Source of the DNA: Actinomycetes bacterium
GTDB taxonomy: Bacteria > Actinomycetota > Acidimicrobiia > IMCC26256 > PALSA-610
Reading direction: 5' to 3'
NCBI GenBank assembly: GCA_025463875.1
Contig: JAODBI010000317.1
Location: 1 to 60,247, forward strand
Length of the DNA: 60,247 nucleotides
Positions 1-10,900 of this stretch are shown in pieces; position 1 is the stretch's first letter, and every line of letters begins with the position of its first letter. The translations under genes and the position numbers were made by a program. Below the pieces are notes generated by a model. It had not been told where the DNA came from, did no database searches, and saw nothing but the letters and a program-made list of their open reading frames with translations.

Positions 1-2
1 TC

Positions 3-1121
3 TACGAAGGACTCAACTCGTTCGCGAACAACATCGCAACGACCGAAGGCGGGATGCACGAAGAGGGGTTCAAGAAGTCCCTCACCAACGTGGTCAACCG
101 CTACGCCCGCACGAAGGGAATCCTCAAGGAGAAGGACGAGAACCTCCTGGGCGAGGACATCCGGGAAGGGCTCACGGCGATCGTCTCGGTGAAGCTGCGC
201 AACCCCCAGTTCGAGGGGCAGACGAAGACCAAGCTCGGCAACACCGAGATCCGGTCGTTCGTCGAACGGGCCACCAACGAAAAGCTCGCCGACTGGCTCG
301 AAGAGCACCCCAACGAAGCCAAGACGATCGTCACCAAGTCGACGCAGGCGGCCCACGCCCGCATGGCGGCCCGTCAGGCCCGCGACCTCACGCGCCGCAA
401 GTCGCTGCTCGAGTCCGCGCTCATGCCGGGCAAGCTCGCAGACTGCTCGACCCGCAACGCCGAAGAAGCCGAGCTGTTCATCGTCGAGGGTGACAGCGCC
501 GGCGGCAGCGCGAAGAAGGCACGCGACCCCCGGTTCCAGGCCATCCTGCCGATCCGGGGCAAGATCCTGAACGTCGAGCGCTCGCGCATCGACAAGATGT
601 TCCGCAACGAAGAGATCCAGGCACTCATCTCCGCGTCGGGAACGGGCATCAGCGAAGAGTTCGACATCTCGAAGCTCCGCTACCACAAGATCATCTTGAT
701 GAGCGACGCCGATGTCGACGGCTCGCACATCCGCACACTGTTGCTGACGTTCTTCTACCGCCAGCTGCCCGAGATCGTGAAGGGCGGCTTCGTGTACATA
801 GCGCAACCGCCGTTGTACGGCGCGAAGCTCGGCAAGGACGAGCGGGCGTACCTGAAGGACGACGCCGCTCTCGCCGCGTTCGAGGCCGAGCACGTCGGTC
901 GCAAGATCGAAGTGAGCCGGTTCAAGGGTCTGGGCGAGATGGACTGGCAGGAGCTCGGCGAGACCACGATGAACCCGGCCACCCGCACGCTGTTGCAGGT
1001 CACGGTCGACGAGGCGGCGATCGCGGACGAGATCTTCTCGACCCTCATGGGCGACGACGTCGACGCCCGCCGCGGCTTCATCCAGGCCAACGCCAAAGAC
1101 GTGCGCTTCCTCGATATCTGA
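3..1121 (+). CDS. gyrB: DNA gyrase subunit B, C-terminal part (5' end lies outside the window)
   Basis: Open in frame from the window edge (YEGLNSFANN...EGGMHEEGF). Toprim/tail motifs EGDSAGGSAKKARD, PIRGKILNVE and MSDADVDGSHI are present. It ends ...DVRFLDI directly upstream of gyrA. Confidence 0.97.
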   Translation, partial: YEGLNSFANNIATTEGGMHEEGFKKSLTNVVNRYARTKGILKEKDENLLGEDIREGLTAIVSVKLRNPQFEGQTKTKLGNTEIRSFVERATNEKLADWLEEHPNEAKTIVTKSTQAAHARMAARQARDLTRRKSLLESALMPGKLADCSTRNAEEAELFIVEGDSAGGSAKKARDPRFQAILPIRGKILNVERSRIDKMFRNEEIQALISASGTGISEEFDISKLRYHKIILMSDADVDGSHIRTLLLTFFYRQLPEIVKGGFVYIAQPPLYGAKLGKDERAYLKDDAALAAFEAEHVGRKIEVSRFKGLGEMDWQELGETTMNPATRTLLQVTVDEAAIADEIFSTLMGDDVDARRGFIQANAKDVRFLDI

Positions 1122-1157
1122 TCGAGAGAGACGTGTTGATTCGGAAGAAGGAATGCA

Positions 1158-3743
1158 ATGCCTGACGAACCCCAGACGCTCGGCAACATCGAGCCGATCG
1201 AGATCCAAGAGGAGATGGAACGCTCCTTCTTGGACTACGCGATGTCGGTCATCACCGCGCGTGCGCTTCCCGACGCCCGCGACGGGCTGAAACCAGTGCA
1301 GCGGCGGATCCTCTACGGCATGTACGCGGAGGGGATGCGGCCCGACCGACCGCATCGCAAGTGCGCGAACGCCGTCGGCGAGGTGATGGGCAAGTATCAC
1401 CCCCACGGCGACCAGTCGATCTACGACGCACTGGCGCGCATGGCGCAGGATTTCTCGTTGCGCTACCCGCTCATCGACGGGCATGGGAACTTCGGTTCGC
1501 CGAACGACCGGCCCGCCGCGGCGCGCTACACCGAGGCGCGGCTGTCGCCCCTCGCGATGGAATTGCTCGGCGAGATCGACGAGGACACCGTCGACTTCGG
1601 CGACACCTACGACGGCCGCAACCGCGAGCCCCTCGTCGTCCCGGCGCGCTTTCCGAACCTGTTGGTCAACGGCGGCGGCGGCATCGCGGTGGGAATGGCC
1701 ACCAACATCCCGCCCCACAACCTGACCGAGGTCATCAACGCGACCTTGCACCTGATCGACAATCCCGACGCGACCGTCGAAGACCTCATGACCTTCGTCA
1801 CCGGGCCCGACTTCCCGACCGGGGCGATGATCCTCGGCCGCGCCGGCATCGCCGAGTGCTACCGCACGGGTCGAGGCTCGATCCGCATGCGCGCGACCGC
1901 CGAGATCGAAGAGGACGCGAAGGGCGGGCAGCGCATCCTCGTCTCGGAGTTGCCGTTCCAGACGTCGGTGGAATCGATCGGGGCGAAGATCCACGACCTC
2001 GTCAACGAGCGCCGCATCGAGGGCATCCGCGACATCACCGACCTTTCGGCGGGCGACACGGTCGGTCTCGTGATCGACCTCAAACGCGATGCCAACGCGC
2101 AGGTCGTGCTGAATCAGCTCTACAAGCACACGCCGATGCAGACGAACTTCGCCGCCAACATGGTGTCGCTCGTCGACGGCGTTCCGCGTCTGTTGAATCT
2201 CCGCCAGGCGCTCGAGGTGTACGTCGCGCACCAGGTCGTCGTGATCACGCGGCGCAGTGAGTACCGGTTGAAGAAGGCCCGCGACCGCGCCCACATCCTC
2301 GAGGGTCTGCTCAAGGCGCTCGACATGATCGACGCGATCATCGCGCTCATCCGGGGGTCGGAGTCGGCCGACGCGGCGCGCACCGCCCTGCAGCTCGCGC
2401 CGTACGAGTTCAGCGAGATCCAGTCCACCCACATCCTCGACATGGCGCTGCGGCGCCTGGCCGCGTTGGAGCGCCAGAAGCTCCGCGATGAGTTCGACGA
2501 ACTCGCGCAGACGATCGCCGAGCTCGAGGCGATCCTCGCCGACGAAGTGAAGCTGCGCGCGGTCATCAAGGAGGAGCTCACCGCGATCCGCGACAAGTAC
2601 GGCGACGAGCGCCGCACGGTGATCACGACCGATCCCGGTGACCTCGCCGACCTCGATCTCATCGAGGACGAGGAGCTGGTGCTCACGCTGTCGCATCGCG
2701 GCTACGTCAAGACCGTCCCGGCCGACCAGTTCCGCACCCAGGCGCGGGGCGGCAAGGGCGTACGCGGCGGCAACCTCCGCGAGGAGGACTGGGTCGAGCA
2801 CCTCCTCAGCACAACTGCGCACTCGTACCTGTTGTTCTTCTCGAACCGGGGGCGCGTCTACCGCCTGCGCGCGCACGAGATCCCGATGAAGGATCGCACC
2901 GCCCGGGGCACGGCGCTGGTGAACCTGGTCGCCCTGCAGGGTGACGAGCACATCGAAGCCGTGATCGACACGCGCACGTACGAAGACGGCGTCTACCTGT
3001 TCTTCGCGACGCGCAACGGCATCGTCAAGAAGACCCGCATGTCGGAGTACGACTCGTCGCTGCGCAGCGGTCTGATCGCCATCAACCTGAACGACGGCGA
3101 CGAATTGGTGCGCGTGATACAGACAACGGGAACCGACGACGTGTTCATGGTGTCTAGAAACGGCATGACGATTCGCTTCTCCGAAGAGGATGTCCGGCCG
3201 ATGGGCCGGGCGACCGCAGGTGTGCGGGGGATGAAGCTGCGGTCGGCCAACGACGGCGTGGTGAGCGCCGACCTGGCCCGCGACGACGCGGTGCTCCTGT
3301 TCGTGTCATCGAGCGGTCATGGGAAGCGCACGCCGGTCGCGGCGTTCAATCGCCAGGGCCGTGGCGGACAGGGAGTACGCGGCATGCGGGTCACCGAAGC
3401 GCGGGGCGAGGTGATCTCCGCCTTCACGGTCGACTCCGGAACCGACATCCTGGTGTTCTCGTCGGCCGGCAACATCGTGCGCATGGGCGTCGACGAGATC
3501 TCGGAGCAGGGCCGGGACGCGACGGGGGTTCGCGTAGCCAGGCTGGACGAGGGCGATACGGTTGTCGCCGTGGCGAAGGTGCTGGAAGCCGAGTCCGACG
3601 AGACCTCGATCGACGGCCCGGTCACGGTCGATGCCGCAATCGACGTTTCGAGCGACGGAGTCGGCGGCCTCGAAGCAACGCCGAACCCGGAGACGGTCGT
3701 GCTCGACGAACCCGGCTCCGCGTCCGAGGGCGAAGAGAACTGA
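1158..3743 (+). CDS. gyrA: DNA gyrase subunit A
   Basis: 861 aa. It has LKPVQRRILY, the active-site region AAARYTEARL, the GyrA-box-like QARGGKGVRG, C-terminal beta-pinwheel repeats and an acidic tail. It follows gyrB. Confidence 0.98.
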   Translation: MPDEPQTLGNIEPIEIQEEMERSFLDYAMSVITARALPDARDGLKPVQRRILYGMYAEGMRPDRPHRKCANAVGEVMGKYHPHGDQSIYDALARMAQDFSLRYPLIDGHGNFGSPNDRPAAARYTEARLSPLAMELLGEIDEDTVDFGDTYDGRNREPLVVPARFPNLLVNGGGGIAVGMATNIPPHNLTEVINATLHLIDNPDATVEDLMTFVTGPDFPTGAMILGRAGIAECYRTGRGSIRMRATAEIEEDAKGGQRILVSELPFQTSVESIGAKIHDLVNERRIEGIRDITDLSAGDTVGLVIDLKRDANAQVVLNQLYKHTPMQTNFAANMVSLVDGVPRLLNLRQALEVYVAHQVVVITRRSEYRLKKARDRAHILEGLLKALDMIDAIIALIRGSESADAARTALQLAPYEFSEIQSTHILDMALRRLAALERQKLRDEFDELAQTIAELEAILADEVKLRAVIKEELTAIRDKYGDERRTVITTDPGDLADLDLIEDEELVLTLSHRGYVKTVPADQFRTQARGGKGVRGGNLREEDWVEHLLSTTAHSYLLFFSNRGRVYRLRAHEIPMKDRTARGTALVNLVALQGDEHIEAVIDTRTYEDGVYLFFATRNGIVKKTRMSEYDSSLRSGLIAINLNDGDELVRVIQTTGTDDVFMVSRNGMTIRFSEEDVRPMGRATAGVRGMKLRSANDGVVSADLARDDAVLLFVSSSGHGKRTPVAAFNRQGRGGQGVRGMRVTEARGEVISAFTVDSGTDILVFSSAGNIVRMGVDEISEQGRDATGVRVARLDEGDTVVAVAKVLEAESDETSIDGPVTVDAAIDVSSDGVGGLEATPNPETVVLDEPGSASEGEEN

Positions 3744-3746
3744 CCC

Positions 3747-4232
3747 GTGGCTCGCGCCAAGACTGAGTTCGAGAGCGTTTCCGCGAACCCGGATTTGGGC
3801 GTGATCGAGAAGAAGACGCCGAAGCCGCCCAAGACCAAGAAGCGGCGCGTCGCTTCGCCCAAACAGGTCTTCGAGCGCCGCTACGTGCAGACCGTGCGCT
3901 CCGTCGATCTGTGGTCGGTGCTCAAGGTCGCGATCTGCTTCTATCTCTGCGCCCTCATCGTGATGCTCGTTGCGGGCGTGATGCTCTGGTGGATCGCGTC
4001 GGCTGCGGGTGTGGTCTCGAGCGTCGAGAGCTTCGTGGGTGAGCTGGTCAACAATAAGGACTTCCGCTTGTTGTCGTGGCAGGTGTTGCGGGCCGCGACG
4101 CTGATCGGCCTCGTGGTCGTGTGTCTGCTCACGGTGATGACCGTCCTCGCCGCCGCGTTCTACAACCTCTTCTCCGAGCTGCTCGGCGGCATCGAGGTGA
4201 CGGTGGTCGAGCAAGAGGAGCTCAGCAGCTGA
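3747..4232 (+). CDS. DUF3566-type membrane protein (conserved gene downstream of gyrA in actinobacteria)
   Basis: GTG start 4 nt after the gyrA stop. A basic N-terminus is followed by VRSVDLWSVLKVAICFYLCALIVMLVAGVMLWW and a second TM segment. The pattern resembles the Rv0007-type protein that follows gyrA. Confidence 0.85.
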   Translation: MARAKTEFESVSANPDLGVIEKKTPKPPKTKKRRVASPKQVFERRYVQTVRSVDLWSVLKVAICFYLCALIVMLVAGVMLWWIASAAGVVSSVESFVGELVNNKDFRLLSWQVLRAATLIGLVVVCLLTVMTVLAAAFYNLFSELLGGIEVTVVEQEELSS

Positions 4233-4287
4233 AGCGCCGCGCGGCGCCCGGTGCGCCGCGACCGCGACGTCTGTACCTTTCGGCGGC

Positions 4288-6288
4288 ATGACCGCGACCG
4301 GCGTCGGGTCGTCCCCTTCGCCTGCACCCTTGCGCACCGAGCCTCCGGGTCGGCGCGGTCGCCGGCGCGTGCCCTGGGCGTTCGTCGGCGGCGCGGCCTT
4401 GGCGGGCGGTGCCGCGCTCGTGGCCCGCGCCAACCTGTTCCCGCTCATGAGCGGCGACGCCGACGAGCCGGTCTACGTGTACCAGGGCCGCATGCTGACG
4501 CACGGCCACGTCACGCTCTCCGCCGCGGCGCGCACCGAGTTCTTCCATCCGTGGCTCTTCGGTCGGCACGGCAGCCGGCTGTTCTCGCAGTATCAGCCGG
4601 GCTGGCCGGCCGTCATCGCCCTCGGCCACGTGCTCGGCGACGAACGCGTGGCGCTCGTCGTGGCCGCGATCGCCGCGGTGGCTGCAACGTGGTTCCTGGC
4701 CCAGGAGATCGCACCGGGATCGGGCGGATTCGCGGCCGCGGTCCTGCTGCTCTCGCCGATGTTCGTGGTGGACGCCGGCCTCTATCTCTCGTACCTGTGG
4801 GCCGCCGCGCTGGTCGCGGGTGCGCTCGCGGGCATGCTCGCCGGCCTGCGCACGAATCGACGTGCGCCGTTCTGTCTGAGCGGCGCGCTGTTCGGTCTCG
4901 CTTTCCTCACTCGTCCGTTCGACGCCCTGCTCGTCGCCGTGGTCGCGGGCGGCTACATCGTGATCGCGCGGTGGCGCGACGGACCGGGAACGCGCCTCGC
5001 CGTGCTGTGGACGGCCGCGGGCGCATTGCCGTTCCTGGTGCTGACGGCGTTCTACAACAACCACGTGACGGGCAACCCGTTCCGCTTCCCGTTGCAGGCG
5101 GCGTCCCGGCTGGACACGTTCGGATTCGGGGCCCGCGCGATGGCGCCGGGCCAGACCACGCTGGACTACACGCCGCGGGCTGCGTTGAGCGCGCTGACCC
5201 GCAACGTCGGTGCGGTCCCGTTGTGGTTCGCGGGCAGCGGCGTCGGGCTCGTGCTCGCCGTCGCAGCCGTCGTCATGCATCGCCGCCGGCGGGAGACGTG
5301 GGTACTCGTCGCGACGATCGTGCTCTTTCCGGTCGGGTACTTCTTCTGGTGGGCCACATCCCTCGCCGCGAGCGGCGCGCTCACCGGGCTCGGTCCGCAC
5401 TACTACGTGCCGGTGTTCGTGCCGCTCGCCGTGCTCGCGGGATGGGCACTGCGCGACCTGCGGCGCCGTTCGTCGGCACTGGTGACGGTTGCGTGTGCTG
5501 CGCTCGTCCTGGGTTCACTGTTCATGGTGCCGACGATCCTCGACAACGCGCACGGCACGACGGCGTTGCAACGCGCGAAGTTGGCGCCGTTCACCTCGGC
5601 GCGGCTCACGAACGCCGTCGTCGTGATGCGCACCGAGCCGTCGATGTACAGCTACATGCTGTTGGGCTATCCGTTCCTGGTCGACGACCCGGATCAGAGC
5701 GGAAGCGTCCTGTACGCCACCGATCGCGGGCCCGCCTCGGCGGAGCTCGCCCGGCAGTTTCCGAAGCGCCGCTTGTACCAGCTGGTGCAGCGCACGGAGC
5801 CGGGCCACGCGTTGCTGCGGCCCAGCTATGTCGTCGAACCTCTGCGGATCCTGAGCGGCGCGCAGGTGAGGCTGCAGTTCACCGCGACGAACCCCGGCAC
5901 GAATCGGGGCGCGCAGCCGTTCGTCGTCGCGACGGTGACGGTCGACGGCCGAACGGTCGCGACCAGGACATTGGCGACCGGTTCCCACGCGGGCGTGACC
6001 GTCGCCTTCGACGTCGTACTCGCTCCCTCAGCCGTGCGCCTCACGGCATCCGCGCGGGGCACTCTCGTCGCGGCGGTGGCGCACGACGGAGTGGTGCGGG
6101 TCGACGTCGCGTTCGGACCTGATGCGCGACGCGATCACGCCGACGTCTACGAGCGCGCGTATTTCGTGAGTCGGACCGACTCCGGGCTGACGGTGCAGAC
6201 GCCCGGGCTCCACTACCACCGCTTCGTCGTCGACAAGGTGGTCTGGGTGCGCCAGAACGTGGGCGATCATCTCGCGGAACGCCCGTGA
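4288..6288 (+). CDS. polytopic membrane protein, GT-C-fold glycosyltransferase-like (ArnT/PMT-like); start uncertain
   Basis: 666-aa ORF with many hydrophobic segments, an early loop motif SGDADEPVYVYQG (DE-type first-loop motif of GT-C enzymes) and a soluble C-terminal domain of about 200 aa. Family assignment is by pattern only. Confidence 0.6.
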   Translation: MTATGVGSSPSPAPLRTEPPGRRGRRRVPWAFVGGAALAGGAALVARANLFPLMSGDADEPVYVYQGRMLTHGHVTLSAAARTEFFHPWLFGRHGSRLFSQYQPGWPAVIALGHVLGDERVALVVAAIAAVAATWFLAQEIAPGSGGFAAAVLLLSPMFVVDAGLYLSYLWAAALVAGALAGMLAGLRTNRRAPFCLSGALFGLAFLTRPFDALLVAVVAGGYIVIARWRDGPGTRLAVLWTAAGALPFLVLTAFYNNHVTGNPFRFPLQAASRLDTFGFGARAMAPGQTTLDYTPRAALSALTRNVGAVPLWFAGSGVGLVLAVAAVVMHRRRRETWVLVATIVLFPVGYFFWWATSLAASGALTGLGPHYYVPVFVPLAVLAGWALRDLRRRSSALVTVACAALVLGSLFMVPTILDNAHGTTALQRAKLAPFTSARLTNAVVVMRTEPSMYSYMLLGYPFLVDDPDQSGSVLYATDRGPASAELARQFPKRRLYQLVQRTEPGHALLRPSYVVEPLRILSGAQVRLQFTATNPGTNRGAQPFVVATVTVDGRTVATRTLATGSHAGVTVAFDVVLAPSAVRLTASARGTLVAAVAHDGVVRVDVAFGPDARRDHADVYERAYFVSRTDSGLTVQTPGLHYHRFVVDKVVWVRQNVGDHLAERP

Positions 6289-6315
6289 ATGACCCCGAAA
6301 CGTCGGGGCGGAAAG

Positions 6316-6389
6316 TGGGGCTAGCAAGAATCGAACTTGCGACCTCGTCCTTATCAGGGACGCGCTCTAACCGACTGAGCTATAGCCCC
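6316..6389 (-). tRNA. tRNA-Ile (anticodon GAT)
   Basis: The reverse complement GGGGCTATAGCTCAGTCGGTTAGAGCGCGTCCCTGATAAGGACGAGGTCGCAAGTTCGATTCTTGCTAGCCCCA folds as a cloverleaf. Acceptor is GGGGCTA/TAGCCCC, anticodon loop CTGATAA and T-loop TTCGATT. CCA is not encoded. Confidence 0.95.
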
Positions 6390-6493
6390 CAGGGCAGGCG
6401 GAGCAGCGTAGCAGCGGTCCTGCGGATCGCCGTCGACTTCGACCCGACGCGCCAGGGGTCCGTTTGCAGGCGTGCTCGATACACTCCCGCGTC

Positions 6494-6631
6494 GTGAAGG
6501 TATTCAAGCGGCTGCTTCTCGTGCTCGGCGCCGCCGGCGCGGTCGGCATGCTCGCGCGCGTCCGCGGCAAGGGTGGCGTGCCACCGACCAGCGGCGGTTG
6601 GCGCGAGCTCGAAGGCCCCGAGTTTCGGTGA
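6494..6631 (+). CDS. small membrane protein, DLW-39-like (45 aa); not in the ORF track because it is short
   Basis: Hand-translated from a GTG start as VKVFKRLLLVLGAAGAVGMLARVRGKGGVPPTSGGWRELEGPEFR*. It has one N-terminal TM helix, a basic stretch and a W-R-E motif. Its position next to tRNA-Ile after gyrA matches where DLW-39 family genes occur in actinobacteria. Confidence 0.4.
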   Translation: MKVFKRLLLVLGAAGAVGMLARVRGKGGVPPTSGGWRELEGPEFR

Positions 6632-6692
6632 TCGGTAGCCCGGACCGTCGGATGCTTCGGCCAGCGGTTCCGCCCATGGTGCCGGTGCACCG

Positions 6693-7682
6693 GTGACGAC
6701 CGCGCTCGTCGTCGGTGTCGGCGCGGTCGGGACCCGCGCCGCGCGTCAACTCATCGACACCCCGGGTGTCGACCGGCTGTTGCTGGCGGATCGCGACGAC
6801 GCCCAGTTGACCGAGGTCGCGAGCGCGTTCGGATCCGATGCGCAGGCGGTCGACTTCGCGCCGGGGGATCCGATCCCCTCTGACGTCGACGTGGTGGTGA
6901 CCGCGCTGCCGACCGGAGTGGATCATCCGATCGTCACCGCCGCGATCGCGGCGGGGGTGCCCGTCGCCTCGAGCGAGGACGAGCACGAGGCACTCGAGCA
7001 GCTGCGGGTCCTCGACCCGAACGCCCGCGGCGCCGGCGTCGCGATCGGCATCGGGTGCGGGCTCGCGCCGGGACTGGTGGATGCGCTCGCCCGCCACGCG
7101 GCGTCGATGTTCGAGTCCGTCGACGAGATCAAAGTCGCGCGTACGGGGTGGGCGGGGCCGGCCAGCGTCGCGACCGTGCGCCACGAACGGCGCGTCCCGG
7201 TTCGCACGTGGCACGACGGGACCTGGCGGGAAGATCACCCGCACGGCGACAGCCTCGTGTGGTTCCCGGAGCCCATCGGTGCGCGCGACTGCCGGACCGT
7301 CACCGGCGGGACGGCGCTGCTCGTCGACGCGTTCCCCGGCGTCGCCCGTATCGGCGTGCAGCTGGGCGAGCCGCCGAAGCGCGCCCGGCTGCGCCGGCGT
7401 TTCGGCGACGAGGGTGAATGGGGCGCGGCGCGCGTCGAGGTGTGGGGCCGGCGCGACGGCGGTTTCGACTGCACGGTCTACGGCGTCGTCGAACGCACCG
7501 CGGTCGCGGCCGGCGCGGTGCTCGCCGTCGTCGGCGCCCGGCTCGCGGGTGCGCTGACTCCCAAGCTCGACCGACCGGGGGTGCACGGACTGGGCGCGCT
7601 GCTCGATCCCGTCCCCTTCCTCGCCGAGCTCGCGCAACGGGGTGTGCGCGCGGCCGCGTTCGAGGGCGTCGCGGTCGCCTGA
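6693..7682 (+). CDS. saccharopine-dehydrogenase-like NAD(P)-binding protein
   Basis: N-terminal Rossmann motif VVGVGAVGTRAARQL...LLLADRD in a 329-aa ORF. Functional assignment is weak. Confidence 0.6.
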   Translation: MTTALVVGVGAVGTRAARQLIDTPGVDRLLLADRDDAQLTEVASAFGSDAQAVDFAPGDPIPSDVDVVVTALPTGVDHPIVTAAIAAGVPVASSEDEHEALEQLRVLDPNARGAGVAIGIGCGLAPGLVDALARHAASMFESVDEIKVARTGWAGPASVATVRHERRVPVRTWHDGTWREDHPHGDSLVWFPEPIGARDCRTVTGGTALLVDAFPGVARIGVQLGEPPKRARLRRRFGDEGEWGAARVEVWGRRDGGFDCTVYGVVERTAVAAGAVLAVVGARLAGALTPKLDRPGVHGLGALLDPVPFLAELAQRGVRAAAFEGVAVA

Positions 7683-7930
7683 GCGAGCGGGCCGGGGAGC
7701 AGCCGGGGGGCGCGCAGAATTTCTGTCCCCGCGGCGCGTAGAACAGTGCCGGGACATGGCAGGTACCGGGACGAGGCGTCCGGGCCGGCCGTCTGACCGG
7801 GCCGTGCGCGTCGGGCGTTTCGCTGCCACCGTCGGGGAGAGCTGCCGATGGACAAGTACCGTGACTGCTCGTCCGGGTGGGGCGGGCCCGAGAATCGGCT
7901 GGACGCGCCGAAGGATGTTGGTCGGTGACG

Positions 7931-10900
7931 ATGAGGGATGGGTCCGAAGACGAGGAGCTGGGTCCCGCGACCGGGGCTGAGCTCGTCGACCTCGCGTCCC
8001 GGCGCCCGAGCGTCGTCGACGATGCCTCGCTGTGCATCCCTCGGGGCGGACAGGTGCTGGTGTTCGGCGGACTGCGACTCGTACCGGGCGGGACCGACGT
8101 GTCGCGGGAGGTCGCCCGCGCGATCGCCCACGCCGTCGAAGGCTGCCGCGGACCGGCGGTGATCGTCTTCGCCGGCGACACGTTCGACATGCTCCGTGAG
8201 GGGCGCCCGGATCCGGAAGCGGCGCTCGCCGCCCATCCCCGCCTCGCGGCGGCACTCGGCGCGTTCCTCTGCGCGCCGGAGCGCCGGATCGTCGCGCTGC
8301 CCGGCATCCGCGACCGCGCGCTCGCCTACGACACCCGCGTCGTTGACGCGTTGCAGTCGGCGGGGTGGACCATCGCGTTGGCATGCCTGCTCGAGATCGA
8401 CACCGGTTCGGGAGTTCGCGTCGTGCGAGTGGAGCCCGGGCATCAGCTCGATCCGGCGTCGGCGTTCGTCGACCCGCGCGATCCCAACGATCATCCCCTC
8501 GTCGTGCACCTCGAGCGCGACGTGCTTCCGGGCTTTGCAACGGTCGGCGACGGATCGCAGAAGTGGCTGGCCGGTATCGAGGACGCCGATCCCGCCGACA
8601 TGGGCGCGCTCGTCGCCTCCCGCTTCACCTACCGCCGGCTGTTCCGCCGCGCGTCGTGGCTCACCCTGCCGGTACTCGCACTGCTCGCGTTGTTCTTCCC
8701 GGTGGTCGCGTTCTCGAGCCGGCGTCGCAACGCGCTGAGTCACGTGTTCCGCATCCTCGCGGCCGGCTTCGCGATCGAGCTCATCCTCGTCGTGGTCGCG
8801 TTGGTGTTCGTCGTGACGCAGCTGCACGACTCGCTCGGTTCGATCTCGTGGTTGTCGCGCGCGCTGCGCGACAACGATGCTCCGCGCGGTGTGGGTGTCG
8901 GGCTCGCCGCGGGCGGCGGCGCCGGGCTCATCACGGGCCATTCCGGTCTGGCCGAGCTCACCGATCTCGGCGGCGGCGCGTTCTACGCCAACTGCGGGAT
9001 GGCGGCCCGTTCCGTCGACCGGGTCGAGACGCGGGGCGGTTTGCCGGCCGTCTACGCGGCTCGTGTGCGCTGTTCGTGGATCGAGCTCGAAGCGGGTTCG
9101 GAATTGCGGGTGCGGCTCTGGCACGGCGCGCGCGATCTGCCCGAACGGACGTTCCTGGAGCGGGTCGCCTCACGGGAGCGCATGCGCACGTGCTGGCCCC
9201 CGGCCGAGGTGGCGGAGCACCCGGGAACCGTGACCTGGCCCTCGGCGGGTGACGCGACCGCGCGGCGGCGCCGCACGCGGCGTATCGGCGCGGCCGCGAT
9301 CGCGTTTGCAGGACTGATCAGCCTCGCTTCGGCGGTGACGCTGCCGTTCGCGGGGCGCTTGACCAGGCTCAGCCAGTTCGCTCCGGTGGAAGTGCCGGAG
9401 GCGGCCGCGGCCCTCGTCGCGATTTGCGGATTCGGCCTCCTCTTGTTGGCTCGCGGCATCCGGCGTGGTCAGCGCCATGCGTGGTTGCTCGCCAACGTGC
9501 TGCTCCTCGTCGCCGTCGTCGGGGACGTCACCAAGGGCCTCGACGTCGAAGAGGCGATCATCGCCCTGCTGGTCGTGATCTTCCTGGTCGTGCACCGCGA
9601 CGATTTCGCGGCGCCCGCGAACCCGTCGTCGTGGCGGCGTGGTCTGGGCGTAACGCTCCTTGCGACCGGCGTCGCGATCGTGGGCGGAACGGCGGGCATC
9701 GCGTCCCGGCATCCGCAGGTGTCCTTGCCGAGAATCGCGGCCGCGGTCGCGCAGCGCCTGGTGGGCTTCAAATCGATCGCGCTGCCCCACGAAATCGATC
9801 GCCTGGTCTCGCCCGCGCTGTTCGCGGTCGGCATCGTGATCGCGCTCTCGTTCTGCTGGCTCCTGTTCCGGCCCGCCGTCTCGCCGCGGTTGTCGTCGTA
9901 CCGGCCTTTGTCGCGGGAGCGGGCCCGGTTCATCGTCGAACGGTACGGCGGCGACTCGTTGTCGTACTTCGCCCTGCGCGACGACAAGGAGTGGTTCGGT
10001 TTCCGCGACACGCTCGTCGCGTACCGCGTCCACAACGGTGTCGCACTCGTGTCGCCGGACCCGATCGGTCCCGTCGGACAACGCGCCGAATCGTGGGGCG
10101 CGTTCCGGGAGTTCGCCGACGAGCACGGCTGGCCGGTCGCGGTGATGGGCGCGGGAGCCGACTGGCTACCCGTGTACGCGGCCAGCGGTATGCACGACCT
10201 GTACATCGGCGACGAAGCGGTGGTCGACGCGCGGCGGTTCAGCCTCGACGGCAAACAGAACAAGAGCCTGCGCCAGTCGGTGGGTCGGGTCGAAAAGGCC
10301 GGCTACCGCGTCGAGTTCTTCGATCCCGCACACCTCGAGCCCGAGCTGGAAGCGAAGCTGCGCGTGCTCATGACCGGGAGCCGGCGCGGCGACGTCGAGC
10401 GCGGGTTCTCGATGACGCTCGGTCGCGTGTTCGAGCCCGACGACCGCGGACTGCTCCTCGCGGTCGCGTTGGACCGCGACGACAACCCGGCCGGGTTCTG
10501 TCAGTACGTGCCGGCGCGCGCGATCGACGGTTGGTCGCTCGATCTCATGCGCCGGAGTGAGGCGAGCGACGTTCCCAACGGCATCACCGAGTTCATCGTC
10601 GCCAAGACGATCGAGCACATTCGCAGCGAAGGTTTCGTGGGGCTCGCGCTCAACTTCGCGACGTTCCGAGCCGTCCTCGCGAGCGAGGCGGGCGATCGGC
10701 TCGTGCAGCGCGCGCAGAAGTGGATCCTCGAGCGCGTGGGCGACTCGATGCAGATCGAGTCGCTCTGGACGTTCAACGAGAAGTTCCAACCCGAGTGGCA
10801 CCCGCGCTACGCCGCCTACGACTCGCCCGAGCACATGCTCAGCGCGTCGATAGCGGTGGCGCGGGCGGAGTCGTTCTTCGAGATCCCCATCATCGGGCGT

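Noticed and set aside
6504-8540. Very long antisense or alternative-frame ORFs. Examples are 6504-8540(-), 13380-15260(-), 41255-44371(-), 48397-51375(-), 4251-6122(+) and 24662-25828(-).
   Set aside because: Their translations are dominated by Arg/Pro/Gly/Ala runs, as expected for off-frame reading of GC-rich DNA. They overlap ORFs with clear family motifs and carry no recognisable domains.
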